From the NCBI RefSeq assembly GCF_022045235.1, contig NW_027266308.1, positions 66,712,001 through 66,776,000 on the forward strand: DNA of 64,000 bases, read 5' to 3'. This document shows, piece after piece, positions 33,390 to 47,520 of this stretch. The notes below the pieces were generated by a model, which saw only the letters and a program-made list of their open reading frames with translations, made no database searches and was not told the origin of the DNA. Position 1 is the first letter of the stretch. Every line of letters starts with the position of its first letter. The stretch is from Haliotis cracherodii. Lineage: Eukaryota. The translations under genes were made by a program, and so were the position numbers.

Positions 33390-35530
33390 CGCCGCATTTA
33401 ATTTTCATTGCAATACGTGACTACATAGCATTGAAATAAAGCAAATCCAGCATACAATTGCGTTTTCCACCCTCAATATTAAAGACTGTTTAAAAATCTA
33501 TCCAACTTGTTCCACCACTTGGAATCAGAATTCTACAACACATCATTGCAGCTGAAATAGATCTAAATATTATATCACCTTCTTTCTTCTCCTCCCTGTC
33601 ATATGGTGAAGCCAGAGGTAGATCTCACTCTAAGCCAGATAAAATCGTCTGAAACTAATCCTTTGGTATATCAACATTCATATAACCAATTACGATCAAA
33701 ATATAATTCTCACAGATCCATTTTTACAGATGGATCCAAGGATGGTGACAAGAACCTTCAACTGCTCCAAGACAACCATCAGCAAGTTGATAATCTGCTA
33801 CCAACAGACAGGACAGAATCAAGACCGACCAAGATCAGGAAGATCGAGAGTGAAAACACTGGCCGAAGACCGCTACATCCGGCAGATTCACCCCCGAAAC
33901 AGATGTTCGACGGCGACGCCAACGGCAGCAACAGCACGAGGGCATGCCATCAGCAGACGAACAGTCCTTCAACGACTTCGTACGACTGGTATACGAGCCT
34001 ACCGACCCTTCCGTGGAATGGCCTTGACCCGTCTCCACCGTCAACGCAGACTGCAATGTGCACGAACTGTACCTTGGTGGCAGCGACGTTACTGGGCGAG
34101 AGTGCTCTTTACAGATTAAAGTCGATTCTGTCTGTTCAGGAACGATGGCAGAGTTCGAGTTTTTCGACGAAGTGGAGAGCGACTGGCGCCAAACTGCATT
34201 TGAGAAGTTCACCCGTTTGGAGGTGGACACGTCATGGTATGGGGTGGCATTTGTGGCCCGATTACAACATAACTAGTTATCATCCGAGGAAACCTGAATG
34301 CTCAGCGATACAGGGATGAAGTGTTGAGATCTGTTGTGATGCCACATCCAAGAGGATTAATTTTGCAACAAGGCAATGCAAGGCCTCACACTGCCCGAAT
34401 TGTTGAAGACAACCTGAACAACGTTAACGTCAACGTATTGCCCTGGCCACCTTGTTCTCCAGACATGAACCCCATTGAACATCTCTGGGATCATCTTGAT
34501 CGTCAGCTGAGACAACATGTACCGCCTCAAGCAAACTGACAGGAACTTGAACAGACTCTATTGAACTTATGGAACAGGATTCCTGTTGACGTTATACGCC
34601 GACTGACGACGTCAATGAGGAGGCGTGTGTTGGCGTGCATGGATGCCCAGGGTGGTCACACTCGCTATTGATGACATGTTACCTGACCACTGTGTCATTA
34701 ATGGACTCTTCATGCACTTTTTCAATGACCTCTGATTTGTGTAATTTTTAATTTGGACCCCTTTACTCTTTCTTTGTGTATTGCAGAGAATGCAATATCG
34801 ACATTACAATGCATTTTCATTCTAATTCATGGAAAATGATTTCTGTTTATAAATTAATCATCATAAATCTCACATATGCCTTTGTTTTTGGTATTTGGTC
34901 AATTTAAGTCGGTGAAAACTTTCTTTTTCCCGGTAGTTTAGTTCAATTTTTACTGCTTAGGCCAAAGCTACCTTTAAAGCTTTGACCTATATCAAGCATC
35001 AAAAACAGTCTAAAAATTTCATCATCTTTTCAGATTCATTGTCTTGCCTTCGGGAACTAAAATGTGTCTCATCTTATCACCCTATTATCCTAGACATTTT
35101 AGAACTATAATCAAGTAAGCATAACAGGTAACTCAAAAGCTGATACTGCAGCTAAACCACTTATCCTGTACAGTGATTTCAAACCAACCATCCATCAAAC
35201 CAACCATCGGAATCTCATGCAAAAAGGGTGGGACACCCAGGTAGGAAGGAATAAACTTCATGAATTAAAACCAACCATCGGTCATACCTACTTAAGTTAT
35301 CAGTCAAGAGATGACAATGTGGTTTTAAGACGATGTCGTATTGGCCACAGTCGGCTTACACACGAATATCTGCTTAAGACAGATGAGGACGAACCTCCTA
35401 AGTGTATCCCATGATGAAAGGTTCACCGTCAAGATCACTTTTGCCATGTCTGCGGGCATCTCATTATCAGCTACTTGAAAGAAATTAATCGGTATAATAC
35501 ATTTTAAATATGTATGTGAATTCTTAAATG
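33390..35530 (+). mobile_element. RNase H-bearing LINE fragment interrupted by a Tc1 element
   Basis: IFTDGSKDGDK at ~33720-33752, resuming at ~34940 with SIFTA*AKA, IIFSDSLSCL, MQKGWDTQVG..KLHELKP, RCRIGHSRLTH; same family as the 25.0-kb fragment. Confidence 0.8.
33750..34938 (+). mobile_element. Tc1/mariner element lacking its 5' end
   Basis: RTFNCSKTTI, DRPRSGR, VLFTD, LQQGNARPH, WPPCSPDMNPIEHLWD, GGHTRY; 3' end ttttcccggtagt. Confidence 0.88.
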
Positions 35531-37806
35531 CTGACATTATTGAAGGCTCTGTCCAAGTTTCGTAAAATTATTGTGCCCGTGTGTGACACATAATCCTATC
35601 ATAATGCATGTAACTATCATCGACCAGTGTTTTGAGCCAACTCAATGCTGAGGGTTTTTTAATATTAGCTAGCAATGTGCACAACTACCTGTGTCTAAAG
35701 TGAAGGAAGTAGAGGTGGCCTTGCTTTGGTTACTGGTGTCCTACAGCCCATGTTTTAAAACCATACACATGATATTGTTATGCTCAATTTTGCTTTGGTT
35801 TTTTTGCATAAAGGACTCAGTTGTGAATATATTAACCTGATCCCGTCGCTATATGGCTGGAATAATTCCGATACGACGTTAGATTTTAATTCACTCACAC
35901 TCTCGCCTTCCCATGGATTTAATCAAATAATCAGCCAAAATGGAAGGTTAAATTACACCAATTAACAGAGACTATGACACATAGAAGGGTCAAATATTTT
36001 CCGTGAATAATATTGGACGACTCTGAACATTTAATTGATATTGAGAATTTGAATGTCCAAACGACTGACTCGTCGGAAATGGCCACAGCTGGATATTGTA
36101 CAGGCGATGGAAAACAGATTATCTGAACTTCTTATGCAAATGAAAGTCGATATTCAATCAATAATTGCCTCTTTGAAACAAAACATCCCTGATGTGAAAA
36201 AGAAAGTGAAATTTGTAGAACAGAAGGTCGCTACACACAGGGAAGAGATAAAAAATAAATCCGTGGAGAGCTTTTTGTAACAGAAAGACAGTTTTCCACA
36301 ATGAGAATTTTGTTAGACTGCTCATATATTCCATGTGCATTAGTAAATCCACGTTTTATTAACGGACATTACTTATACTGAGTCCTCTTTCCATTTAGCC
36401 CGATATGTTGTACTCAATGCTTTCTCATGCTGTTTTAGTCGTACACGGGCATGCAGTAGGGTTACTGTGTGCAAACGCGTGTTATCTGTACCGACAACCA
36501 TGGCGGGGAGCATTATCAATCTGTGCATTCAAGTATGATTCATCGGAAACTATGGATTCTATGTTCAATGGAAAACATCTCATGGGCTTGAAACGGTAAG
36601 TTAATGTACACGCATAGTTCAGAACAAGTAACATGTTCATTGTCTCCTAATTTATTACGAATGCAAAGCATAAACAACACTAATTTCTCTTTTGGCTACT
36701 TCTCCACAGTTCCCAAATTCATCGCCCTCCCCATTTTGATTGAAAGGTCATAGCAACCATGGATACGTTTACAACATTTGATGGGAATAGATGACAGAAT
36801 AAGTATTGTGTCGGAAAACTGTAGATGTTTAGCCGAGTAAAGGAAACGTAAAGAAGTTCTCAATTGATAAGAAGATAAAGTGCTCTAATATATGTTTACC
36901 ATGTATACATAGTTCTGAAGACAAAGAAAACATGATGAATGGGGTTAAGAATGCACTGTAGCTCCTTACAAATCTAATACTAGCAGTGTAGAAATTCTAT
37001 TAATATTGTATAATTTAAAATACATAGAGTACATTAAGGTGAAATTTTATCATACGAGACATATGAGTAGAGGGGATACGATTCACACTCACTTATATTT
37101 ATGGTCCAAATTCATATAAACCTAATTGCTACAATGTATTATTAAAAAAATGTCAAATGTTTGTCCACAATATCAGTATCATTTGTTCATTGCAAACATT
37201 TCAATCAAATTTGGCTTTAACACAATTCCAAGTAATGCTTTACTGAATGTATAAGCTTTTTTACTAAAATTCATTCATTTCAAGCAAGATCTGTATTCCA
37301 TAAGGCAGATCTGGGGAATGCATTAGACTGCATGAGCTTGGTTTAAATTATGTAACTGAACACAATACAAGACTGGAAACGAATCAGCAAAGAGGGCATT
37401 GGAATTTGATAAAGATATTGGACCAGCATTGAAACATGCCTTTTGACTCTGAATCATTGAGGCTAACTTATAGGTACACAGACCACAGACTCTATGTCAT
37501 GGAACTCACGTGCATCGCTTTACCATGGCCGTTGCTGTGATGCGTTTGGTCGATTGGTTTTATTGTCATCTACTTTGTTTTTTTTATCATCAAAATTCAT
37601 TTTTCCGGACAAGGTAATGTTAAATTTTAGGAATTGACAATGACAGATATTTGAGTGACAACTTGCAATGTTACTTCGGGTGTTGTTTATTTGCGGTTCA
37701 GTATAGTTGAGTGCTATGCAAACTGAAATGCACATGCGTTCCCCTATTTCTTGCCCTATAAAAATCCAGATCATATAACATTCTTTCGTTATTGAATTAC
37801 TACAAT

Positions 37807-38651
37807 ATGCCAAGACTGACAAGAAATCAGCGACAACAAGACCTTGGACGATTGCAAGCTGGACAAACCACCCGGCAAGTAGCCAATGCATTTCAAGTCC
37901 ACATAAGGACCATATACAGGCTCAAGCAATGGTACCAGACCACCAACAGTTCAGATGACAAACCACGTAGTGGAAGACCAAGGGTCACCAGCCGACGTCA
38001 GGATCGTCAGATTGTGCGACAGCATCTTCAAGATCGCTTTGTTACTGCTGCGGAAACTGCTCGACAGACCAAGGGGACACAACAGCGACACATTTATGCG
38101 TACATCATGCGTCGACAATTGACGAGCAAACACCTCCACTGTCACAGGCCACACCAAAGACCCATTCTGACACCACGTCATCGCCAGGATCGTCTTCAGA
38201 GGGCAACACAGCACCAGCATTGGCGTGGCGCCACCAGACGAGAGCCGTTACTGTATCTCAACAGCAGATGGCAGAGAGAGAGAGAGAGTCTGGTGACGCC
38301 ATAGGGAACGTTATTTGGATGCTTGTGTTGTTGAGAGAGACTCGTGGGGTGGTCAGAGGATCATGGTGTGGGGTAGAATTGGTCTTGCACAGAGGGTCAG
38401 CCATGTGGTCTTCCAGTACATCGGTCCATGGAGAGGCAATGGTGTCACAGCAGCTCGATACACTGATCAAGTCTTGAGACCACATGCCATACCTCATTTG
38501 GCACATCGCCGCAACCATGAGTTTCAGCATGATAACGCCCGTGCCCATACTGCGAGAGCAACAAGAGACTTCCTCCAGCAGAATGGCATCAGAACCATGC
38601 AGTGGCCTGCCCTAGTCATGATTTAAATCCCATTGAGTACATGTGGGACAC
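37807..38651 (+). mobile_element. Tc1/mariner transposase remnant (also 41347-42191, 44885-45729)
   Basis: MPRLTRNQR...GRLQAG, DDKPRSGRPRVTS, GGQRIMVWG, FQHDNARAH; frameshifted and 3'-truncated. Confidence 0.88.
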
Positions 38652-38694
38652 TGTTTGGACAAATAAGGTTTCTTATATATCTATCCAAGGTGAC

Positions 38695-39615
38695 GTTTCT
38701 TTTGCGGTTCAGTATATATTTTGGACTTACCTTTCTTGGTTAAATCAGTAAGGGGTTCTGCAAGAGCTGAAAAATCTGGGATAAATCGGCGATAATACCC
38801 AGATAGACCAATCAAAGCTCGTACCTGTTTCTTTGCAGTCGGCCTCGAGAGTTCTAGGATTTTGTCTAATTTTTTCCTGTCTGGAGAAATCTCACCTTCA
38901 CCGACAGTGTGGCCTAAAAACTGCAGTGTATGGTACCCAATTACCGTAAATGACTTAAAACAGCTCAAAAGTTATCTATATGTTCAGACCATTCCTCTGT
39001 CCCCTCTTAAATATCGTCAATGTAGCTGTCCACATGAGCTCTTCATCCAAGCACCTTCCTCATTAACCTCGTGAACACTGCAGGGGCTTTCACAACCCCA
39101 GATGGCATTACAGTCCATTGATACAACCCATCTGGCGTAACAAAAGTTGTACATGCTTTACTTGCTTCTTCCATGGGAATCTGCCAATAAGCCTTGTTTA
39201 TGTCAATTTAAGAATATGTGTAACATTTGCTAAGACGAGTGAATAAACTTTCTGTCAAAGTTTTTGGCTCTGAGTGAAAAACTGTGATCTGGTTAATCCG
39301 ACGGAAGTCCACACAAAATCGATACTGATAAGTAGTCCTAGTCTCTTCATTTGGGATATCCTTTGTCCATGATTCTTTCAAAACCTGAACTCGACCTCTC
39401 ACCATCCTACCATACAGTAAATCAAATGTAGCAAATCCCAAACTTTCCTGTGGGACCTCACGATAAGCAAATAACAGGGCTGGTAAATAACGATCACAGT
39501 CTTGGGGTTGCTCTGCACTCAACCACTTCAGCATGGTTTTCAAGGTGTCATTAAAACTTTCAACTCGTCCATTGCACATTGGATGATATTAAGTTGTGGT
39601 AAGCTGTTTAAGTGA
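38695..39615 (-). mobile_element. Gypsy-group (Gmr1-like) pol remnant with integrase upstream of RT (also ~42235-43153, ~45773-46693)
   Basis: Minus-strand order: NGRVESFNDTLK...AYREVPQESLGF (INT), RFCVDFRRIN, KAYWQIP, YIDDI (RT), FLGHTV...GLSGYYRRFIPDF. Confidence 0.85.
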
Positions 39616-42600
39616 TAGTAATCTTCACCTCAATACATTGACATCTTTGGGCATTAATACTTAAATACACTTCAATACATGCATGTCAACAATGAATAAT
39701 CTCATATTATATACACAATCTGTACAAAGTCATTTTCCCAACGCCTCCTTCCACGTCAATGCACTATACACTGTACATTGTTTAGGAGCTTCACTCAGGT
39801 CTCATCCTGTCCATATTAGCATTCTCATATTCTTGGCCATCTGTCGCCGTGGGGTCAGGCTTCATATATTCCATGTGCATTAGCAAATCCACGTTTTATT
39901 AACGGACATTACTTATACTGAGTCCTCATTCCATTTAGCCCGATATGTTGTACTCAATGCTTTCTCATGCTGTTTTAGTCGTACACGGGCATGCAGTAGG
40001 GTTACTGTGTGCAAACGCGCGTTATCTGTACAGACAACCATGGCGGGAAGCATTATCAATCTGTGCATTCAAGTATGATTCATCGGAAACTATGGATTCT
40101 ATGTTCAATGGAAAACATCTCATGGGCTTGAAACGGTAAGTTAATGTACACGCATAGTTCAGAACAAGTAACATGTTCATTGTCTCCTAATTTATTACGA
40201 ATGCAAAGCATAAACAACACTAATTTCTCTTTTGGCTACTTCTCCACAGTTCCCAAATTCATCGCCCTCCCCATTTTGATTGAAAGGTCATAGCAACCAT
40301 GGATACGTTTACAACATTTGATGGGAATAGATGACAGAATAAGTATTGTGTCGGAAAACTGTAGATGCTTAGCCGAGTAAAGGAAACGTAAAGAAGTTCT
40401 CAATTGATAAGAAGATAAAGTGCTCTAATATATGTTTACCATGTATACATAGTTCTGAAGACAAAGAAAACATGATGAATGGGGTTAAGAATGCACTGTA
40501 GCTCCTTACAAATCTAATACTAGCAGTGTAGAAATTCTATTAATATTGTATAATTTAAAATACATAGAGTACATTAAGGTGAAATTTTATCATACGAGAC
40601 ATATGAGTAGAGGGGATACGATTCACACTCACTTATATTTATGGTCCAAATTCATATAAACCTAATTGCTACAATGTATTATTAAAAAAATGTCAAATGT
40701 TTGTCCACAATATCAGTATCATTTGTTCATTGCAAACATTTCAATCAAATTTGGCTTTAACACAATTCTAAGTAATGCTTTACTGAATGTATAAGCTTTT
40801 TTACTAAAATTCATTCATTTCAAGCAAGATCTGTATTCCATAAGGCAGATCTGGGGAATGCATTAGACTGCATGAGCTTGGTTTAAATTATGTAACTGAA
40901 CACAATACAAGACTGGAAACGAATCAGCAAAGAGGGCATTGGAATTTGATAAAGATATTGGACCAGCATTGAAACATGCCTTTTGACTCTGAATCATTGA
41001 GGCTAACTTATAGGTACACAGACCACAGACTCTATGTCATGGAACTCACGTGCATCGCTTTACCATGGCCGTTGCTGTGATGCGTTTGGTCGATTGGTTT
41101 TATTGTCATCTACTTTGTATTTTTTATCATCAAAATTCATTTTTCCGGACAAGGTAATGTTAAATTTTAGGAATTGACAATGACAGATATTTGAGTGACA
41201 ACTTGCAATGTTACTTCGGGTGTTGTTTATTTGCGGTTCAGTATAGTTGAGTGCTATGCAAACTGAAATGCACATGCGTTCCCCTATTTCTTGCCCTATA
41301 AAAATCCAGATCATATAACATTCTTTCGTTATTGAATTACTACAATATGCCAAGACTGACAAGAAATCAGCGACAACAAGACCTTGGACGATTGCAAGCT
41401 GGACAAACCACCCGGCAAGTAGCCAATGCATTTCAAGTCCACATAAGGACCATATACAGGCTCAAGCAATGGTACCAGACCACCAACAGTTCAGATGACA
41501 AACCACGTAGTGGAAGACCAAGGGTCACCAGCCGACGTCAGGATCGTCAGATTGTGCGACAGCATCTTCAAGATCGCTTTGTTACTGCTGCGGAAACTGC
41601 TCGACAGACCAAGGGGACACAACAGCGACACATTTATGCGTACATCATGCGTCGACAATTGACGAGCAAACACCTCCACTGTCACAGGCCACACCAAGGA
41701 CCCATTCTGACACCACGTCATCGCCAGGATCGTCTTCAGAGGGCAACACAGCACCAGCATTGGCGTGGCGCCACCAGACGAGAGCCGTTACTGTATCTCA
41801 ACAGCAGATGGCAGAGAGAGAGAGAGAGTCTGGTGACGCCATAGGGAACGTTATTTGGATGCTTGTGTTGTTGAGAGAGACTCGTGGGGTGGTCAGAGGA
41901 TCATGGTGTGGGGTAGAATTGGTCTTGCACAGAGGGTCAGCCATGTGGTCTTCCAGTACATCGGTCCATGGAGAGGCAATGGTGTCACAGCAGCTCGATA
42001 CATTGATCAAGTCTTGAGACCACATGCCATACCTCATTTGGCACATCGCCGCAACCATGAGTTTCAGCATGATAACGCCCGTGCCCATACTGCGAGAGCA
42101 ACAAGAGACTTCCTCCAGCAGAATGGCATCAGAACCATGCAGTGGCCTGCCCTAGTCATGATTTAAATCCCATTGAGTACATGTGGGACACTGTTTGGAC
42201 AAATAAGGTTTCTTATATCTATCCAAGGTGACGTTTCTTTTGCGGTTCAGTATATATTTTGGACTTACCTTTCTTGGTTAAATCAGTAAGGGGTACTGCA
42301 AGAGCTGAAAAATCTGGGATAAATCGGCGATAATACCCAGATAGACCAATCAAAGCTCGTACCTGTTTCTTTGCGGTCGGCCTCGACAGTTCTAGGATTT
42401 TGTCTAATTTTTTCCTGTCTGGAGAAATCTCACCTTCACCGACAGTGTGGCCTAAAAACTGCAGTGTATGGTACCCAATTACCGTAAATGACTTAAAACA
42501 GCTCAAAAGTTATCTATATGTTCAGACCATTCCTCTGTCCCCTCTTAAATATCGTCAATGTAGCTGTCCACATGAGCTCTTCATCCAAGCACCTTCCTCA

Positions 42601-45600
42601 TTAACCTCGTGAACACTGCAGGGGCTTTCACAACCCCAGATGGCATTACAGTCCATTGATACAACCCATCTGGCGTAACAAAAGTTGTACATGCTTTACT
42701 TGCTTCTTCCATGGGAATCTGCCAATAAGCCTTGTTTATGTCAATTTAAGAATATGTGTAACATTTGCTAAGACGAGTGAATAAACTTTCTGTCAAAGTT
42801 TTTGGCTCTGAGTGAAAAACTGTGATCTGGTTAATCCGACGGAAGTCCACACAAAATCGATACTGATAAGTAGTCCTAGTCTCTTCATTTGGGATATCCT
42901 TTGTCCATGATTCTTTCAAAACCTGAACTCGACCTCTCACCATCCTACCATACAGTAAATCAAATGTAGCAAATCCCAAACTTTCCTGTGGGACCTCACG
43001 ATAAGCAAATAACAGGGCTGGTAAATAACGATCACAGTCTTGGGGTTGCTCTGCACTCAACCACTTCAGCATGGTTTTCAAGGTGTCGTTAAAACTTTCA
43101 ACTCGTCCATTGCACATTGGATGATATTAAGTTGTGGTAAGCTGTTTAAGTGATAGTAATCTTCACCTCAATACATTGACATCTTTGGGCATTAATACTT
43201 AAATACACTTCAATACATGCATGTCAACAATGAATAATCTCATATTATATACACAATCTGTACAAAGTCATTTTCCCAACGCCTCCTTCCACGTCAATGC
43301 ACCATACACTGTACATTGTTTAGGAGCTTCACTCAGGTCTCATCCTGTCCATATTAGCATTCTCATATTCTTGGCCATCTGTCGCCGTGGGGTCAGGCTT
43401 CATATATTCCATGTGCATTAGCAAATCCACGTTTTATTAACGGACATTACTTATACTGAGTCCTCATTCCATTTAGCCCGATATGTTGTACTCAATGCTT
43501 TCTCATGCTGTTTTAGTCGTACACGGGCATGCAGTAGGGTTACTGTGTGCAAACGCGTGTTATCTGTACCGACAACCATGGCGGGGAGCATTATCAATCT
43601 GTGCATTCAAGTATGATTCATCGGAAACTATGGATTCTATGTTCAATGGAAAACATCTCATGGGCTTGAAACGGTAAGTTAATGTACACGCATAGTTCAG
43701 AACAAGTAACATGTTCATTGTCTCCTAATTTATTACGAATGCAAAGCATAAACAACACTAATTTCTCTTTTGGCTACTTCTCCACAGTTCCCAAATTCAT
43801 CGCCCTCCCCATTTTGATTGAAAGGTCATAGCAACCATGGATACGTTTACAACATTTGATGGGAATAGATGACAGAATAAGTATTGTGTCGGAAAACTGT
43901 AGATGCTTAGCCGAGTAAAGGAAACGTAAAGAAGTTCTCAATTGATAAGAAGATAAAGTGCTCTAATATATGTTTACCATGTATACATAGTTCTGAAGAC
44001 AAAGAAAACATGATGAATGGGGTTAAGAATGCACTGTAGCTCCTTACAAATCTAATACTAGCAGTGTAGAAATTCTATTAATATTGTATAATTTAAAATA
44101 CATAGAGTACATTAAGGTGAAATTTTATCATACGAGACATATGAGTAGAGGGGATACGATTCACACTCACTTATATTTATGGTCCAAATTCATATAAACC
44201 TAATTGCTACAATGTATTATTAAAAAAATGTCAAATGTTTGTCCACAATATCAGTATCATTTGTTCATTGCAAACATTTCAATCAAATTTGGCTTTAACA
44301 CAATTCCAAGTAATGCTTTACTGAATGTATAAGCTTTTTTACTAAAATTCATTCATTTCAAGCAAGATCTGTATTCCATAAGGCAGATCTGGGGAATGCA
44401 TTAGACTGCATGAGCTTGGTTTAAATTATGTAACTGAACACAATACAAGACTGGAAACGAATCAGCAAAGAGGGCATTGGAATTTGATAAAGATATTGGA
44501 CCAGCATTGAAACATGCCTTTTGACTCTGAATCATTGAGGCTAACTTATAGGTACACAGACCACAGACTCTATGTCATGGAACTCACGTGCATCGCTTTA
44601 CCATGGCCGTTGCTGTGATGCGTTTGGTCGATTGGTTTTATTGTCATCTACTTTGTTTTTTTTATCATCAAAATTCATTTTTCCGGACAAGGTAATGTTA
44701 AATTTTAGGAATTGACAATGACAGATATTTGAGTGACAACTTGCAATGTTACTTCGGGTGTTGTTTATTTGCGGTTCAGTATAGTTGAGTGCTATGCAAA
44801 CTGAAATGCACATGCGTTCCCCTATTTCTTGCCCTATAAAAATCCAGATCATATAACATTCTTTCGTTATTGAATTACTACAATATGCCAAGACTGACAA
44901 GAAATCAGCGACAACAAGACCTTGGACGATTGCAAGCTGGACAAACCACCCGGCAAGTAGCCAATGCATTTCAAGTCCACATAAGGACCATATACAGGCT
45001 CAAGCAATGGTACCAGACCACCAACAGTTCAGATGACAAACCACGTAGTGGAAGACCAAGGGTCACCAGCCGACGTCAGGATCGTCAGATTGTGCGACAG
45101 CATCTTCAAGATCGCTTTGTTACTGCTGCGGAAACTGCTCGACAGACCAAGGGGACACAACAGCGACACATTTATGCGTACATCATGCGTCGACAATTGA
45201 CGAGCAAACACCTCCACTGTCACAGGCCACACCAAGGACCCATTCTGACACCACGTCATCGCCAGGATCGTCTTCAGAGGGCAACACAGCACCAGCATTG
45301 GCGTGGCGCCACCAGACGAGAGCCGTTACTGTATCTCAACAGCAGATGGCAGAGAGAGAGAGAGAGTCTGGTGACGCCATAGGGAACGTTATTTGGATGC
45401 TTGTGTTGTTGAGAGAGACTCGTGGGGTGGTCAGAGGATCATGGTGTGGGGTAGAATTGGTCTTGCACAGAGGGTCAGCCATGTGGTCTTCCAGTACATC
45501 GGTCCATGGAGAGGCAATGGTGTCACAGCAGCTCGATACATCGATCAAGTCTTGAGACCACATGCCATACCTCATTTGGCACATCGCCGCAACCATGAGT

Positions 45601-46699
45601 TTCAGCATGATAACGCCCGTGCCCATACTGCGAGAACAACAAGAGACTTCCTCCAGCAGAATGGCATCAGAACCATGCAGTGGCCTGCCCTAGTCATGAT
45701 TTAAATCCCATTGAGTACATGTGGGACACTGTTTGGACAAATAAGGTTTCTTATATATCTATCCAAGGTGACGTTTCTTTTGCGGTTCAGTATATATTTT
45801 GGACTTACCTTTCTTGGTTAAATCAGTAAGGGGTACTGCAAGAGCTGAAAAATCTGGGATAAATCGGCGATAATACCCAGATAGACCAATCAAAGCTCGT
45901 ACCTGTTTCTTTGCGGTCGGCCTTGAGAGTTCTAGGATTTTGTCTAATTTTTTCCTGTCTGGAGAAATCTCACCTTCACCGACAGTGTGGCCTAAAAACT
46001 GCAGTGTATGGTACCCAATTACCATAAATGACTTAAAACAGCTCAAAAGTTATCTATATGTTCAGACCATTCCTCTGTCCCCTCTTAAATATCGTCAATG
46101 TAGCTGTCCACATGAGCTCTTCATCCAAGCACCTTCCTCATTAACCTCGTGAACACTGCAGGGGCTTTCACAACCCCAGATGGCATTACAGTCCATTGAT
46201 ACAACCCATCTGGCGTAACAAAAGTTGTACATGCTTTACTTGCTTCTTCCATGGGAATCTGCCAATAAGCCTTGTTTATGTCAATTTAAGAATATGTGTA
46301 ACATTTGCTAAGACGAGTGAATAAACTTTCTGTCAAAGTTTTTGGCTCTGAGTGAAAAACTGTGATCTGGTTAATCCGACGGAAGTCCACACAAAATCGA
46401 TACTGATAAGTAGTCCTAGTCTCTTCATTTGGGATATCCTTTGTCCATGATTCTTTCAAAACCTGAACTCGACCTCTCACCATCCTACCATACAGTAAAT
46501 CAAATGTAGCAAATCCCAAACTTTCCTGTGGGACCTCACGATAAGCAAATAACAGGGCTGGTAAATAACGATCACAGTCTTGGGGTTGCTCTGCACTCAA
46601 CCACTTCAGCATGGTTTTCAAGGTGTCATTAAAACTTTCAACTCGTCCATTGCACATTGGATGATATTAAGTTGTGGTAAGCTGTTTAAGTGATAGTAA

Positions 46700-47520
46700 T
46701 CTTCACCTCAATACATTGACATCTTTGGGCATTAATACTTAAATACACTTCAATACATGCATGTCAACAATGAATAATCTCATATTATATACACAATCTG
46801 TACAAAGTCATTTTCCCAACGCCTCCTTCCACGTCAATGCACTATACACTGTACATTGTTTAGGAGCTTCACTCAGGTCTCATCCTGTCCATATTAGCAT
46901 TCTCATATTCTTGGCCATCTGTCGCCCTGGGGTCAGGCTTCATACAACGAATGTCCCTGCCTCCTCATATTACATACAGGTGCCCCTCTGGGTCCCCGGA
47001 CACTATATAACAAACGTCCACTATGAAATGAGGGTGGCCAGACGAGAATGGATAGCGGATAATAGACCATGGGGAGGAAACTCTAGATTATACAAATCCT
47101 ATAAAAATGCTAAAAGGGAATTTAGACGTTTACACCGAAAATCAAAACCTAAACAGCGTAAAGAAATAAGTACAGAACTAGAAAAGACATGTGAAGCCGA
47201 TATAAATACATTCTATAAACATGTTCGTAAGTTGAGACGCAAGAGTCCAGTTATTGATAAATTAGTTTACAATGGACGTAGTGCTGTTTCTTCAGCTTAT
47301 ATATGTAAACTGTGGGGTGACTATTATTCGGACTTGGCAAAGCCTCACCAGTTTGATGATTTTGACGGAAACTTTAAACTCACCATTGTATCAAAACTTC
47401 ATTATATCATAACAAAATCGTCATATTCATGATCCACTAGATGATATCCTGTATACAGAAATCCAAGTCTCACAAAGTATCACAAATACACAACCTTAAA
47501 AAAACAAATCTCCAGGACCT
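46700..47520 (+). mobile_element. CR1/L2-like LINE ORF2 fragment (EN-RT linker)
   Basis: REWIADNRPW...YKSYKNAKREFRR, FYKHVRK, and LKKNKSPG at ~47495-47520; its 5' part forms the end of each triplicated unit. Confidence 0.6.

Larger units (their letters stand above)
36322..46944. repeat. Near-identical tandem triplication, unit ~3540 bp (starts 36322, 39862, 43400)
   Basis: ORF sets recur at offsets of 3540/3538/3540; TCATA at both outer ends and each junction. Confidence 0.97.

Noticed and set aside
36053-36280. Coiled-coil ORF, possibly a LINE ORF1 piece
   Set aside because: Too short and without a diagnostic motif.
36405-36890. Possible exons (GTAAGT donor ~36596, acceptor ~36709) or a CACTA transposase relic in the triplicated unit
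   Set aside because: Stops in the downstream segment and only vague motif similarity; cannot be supported without a search.
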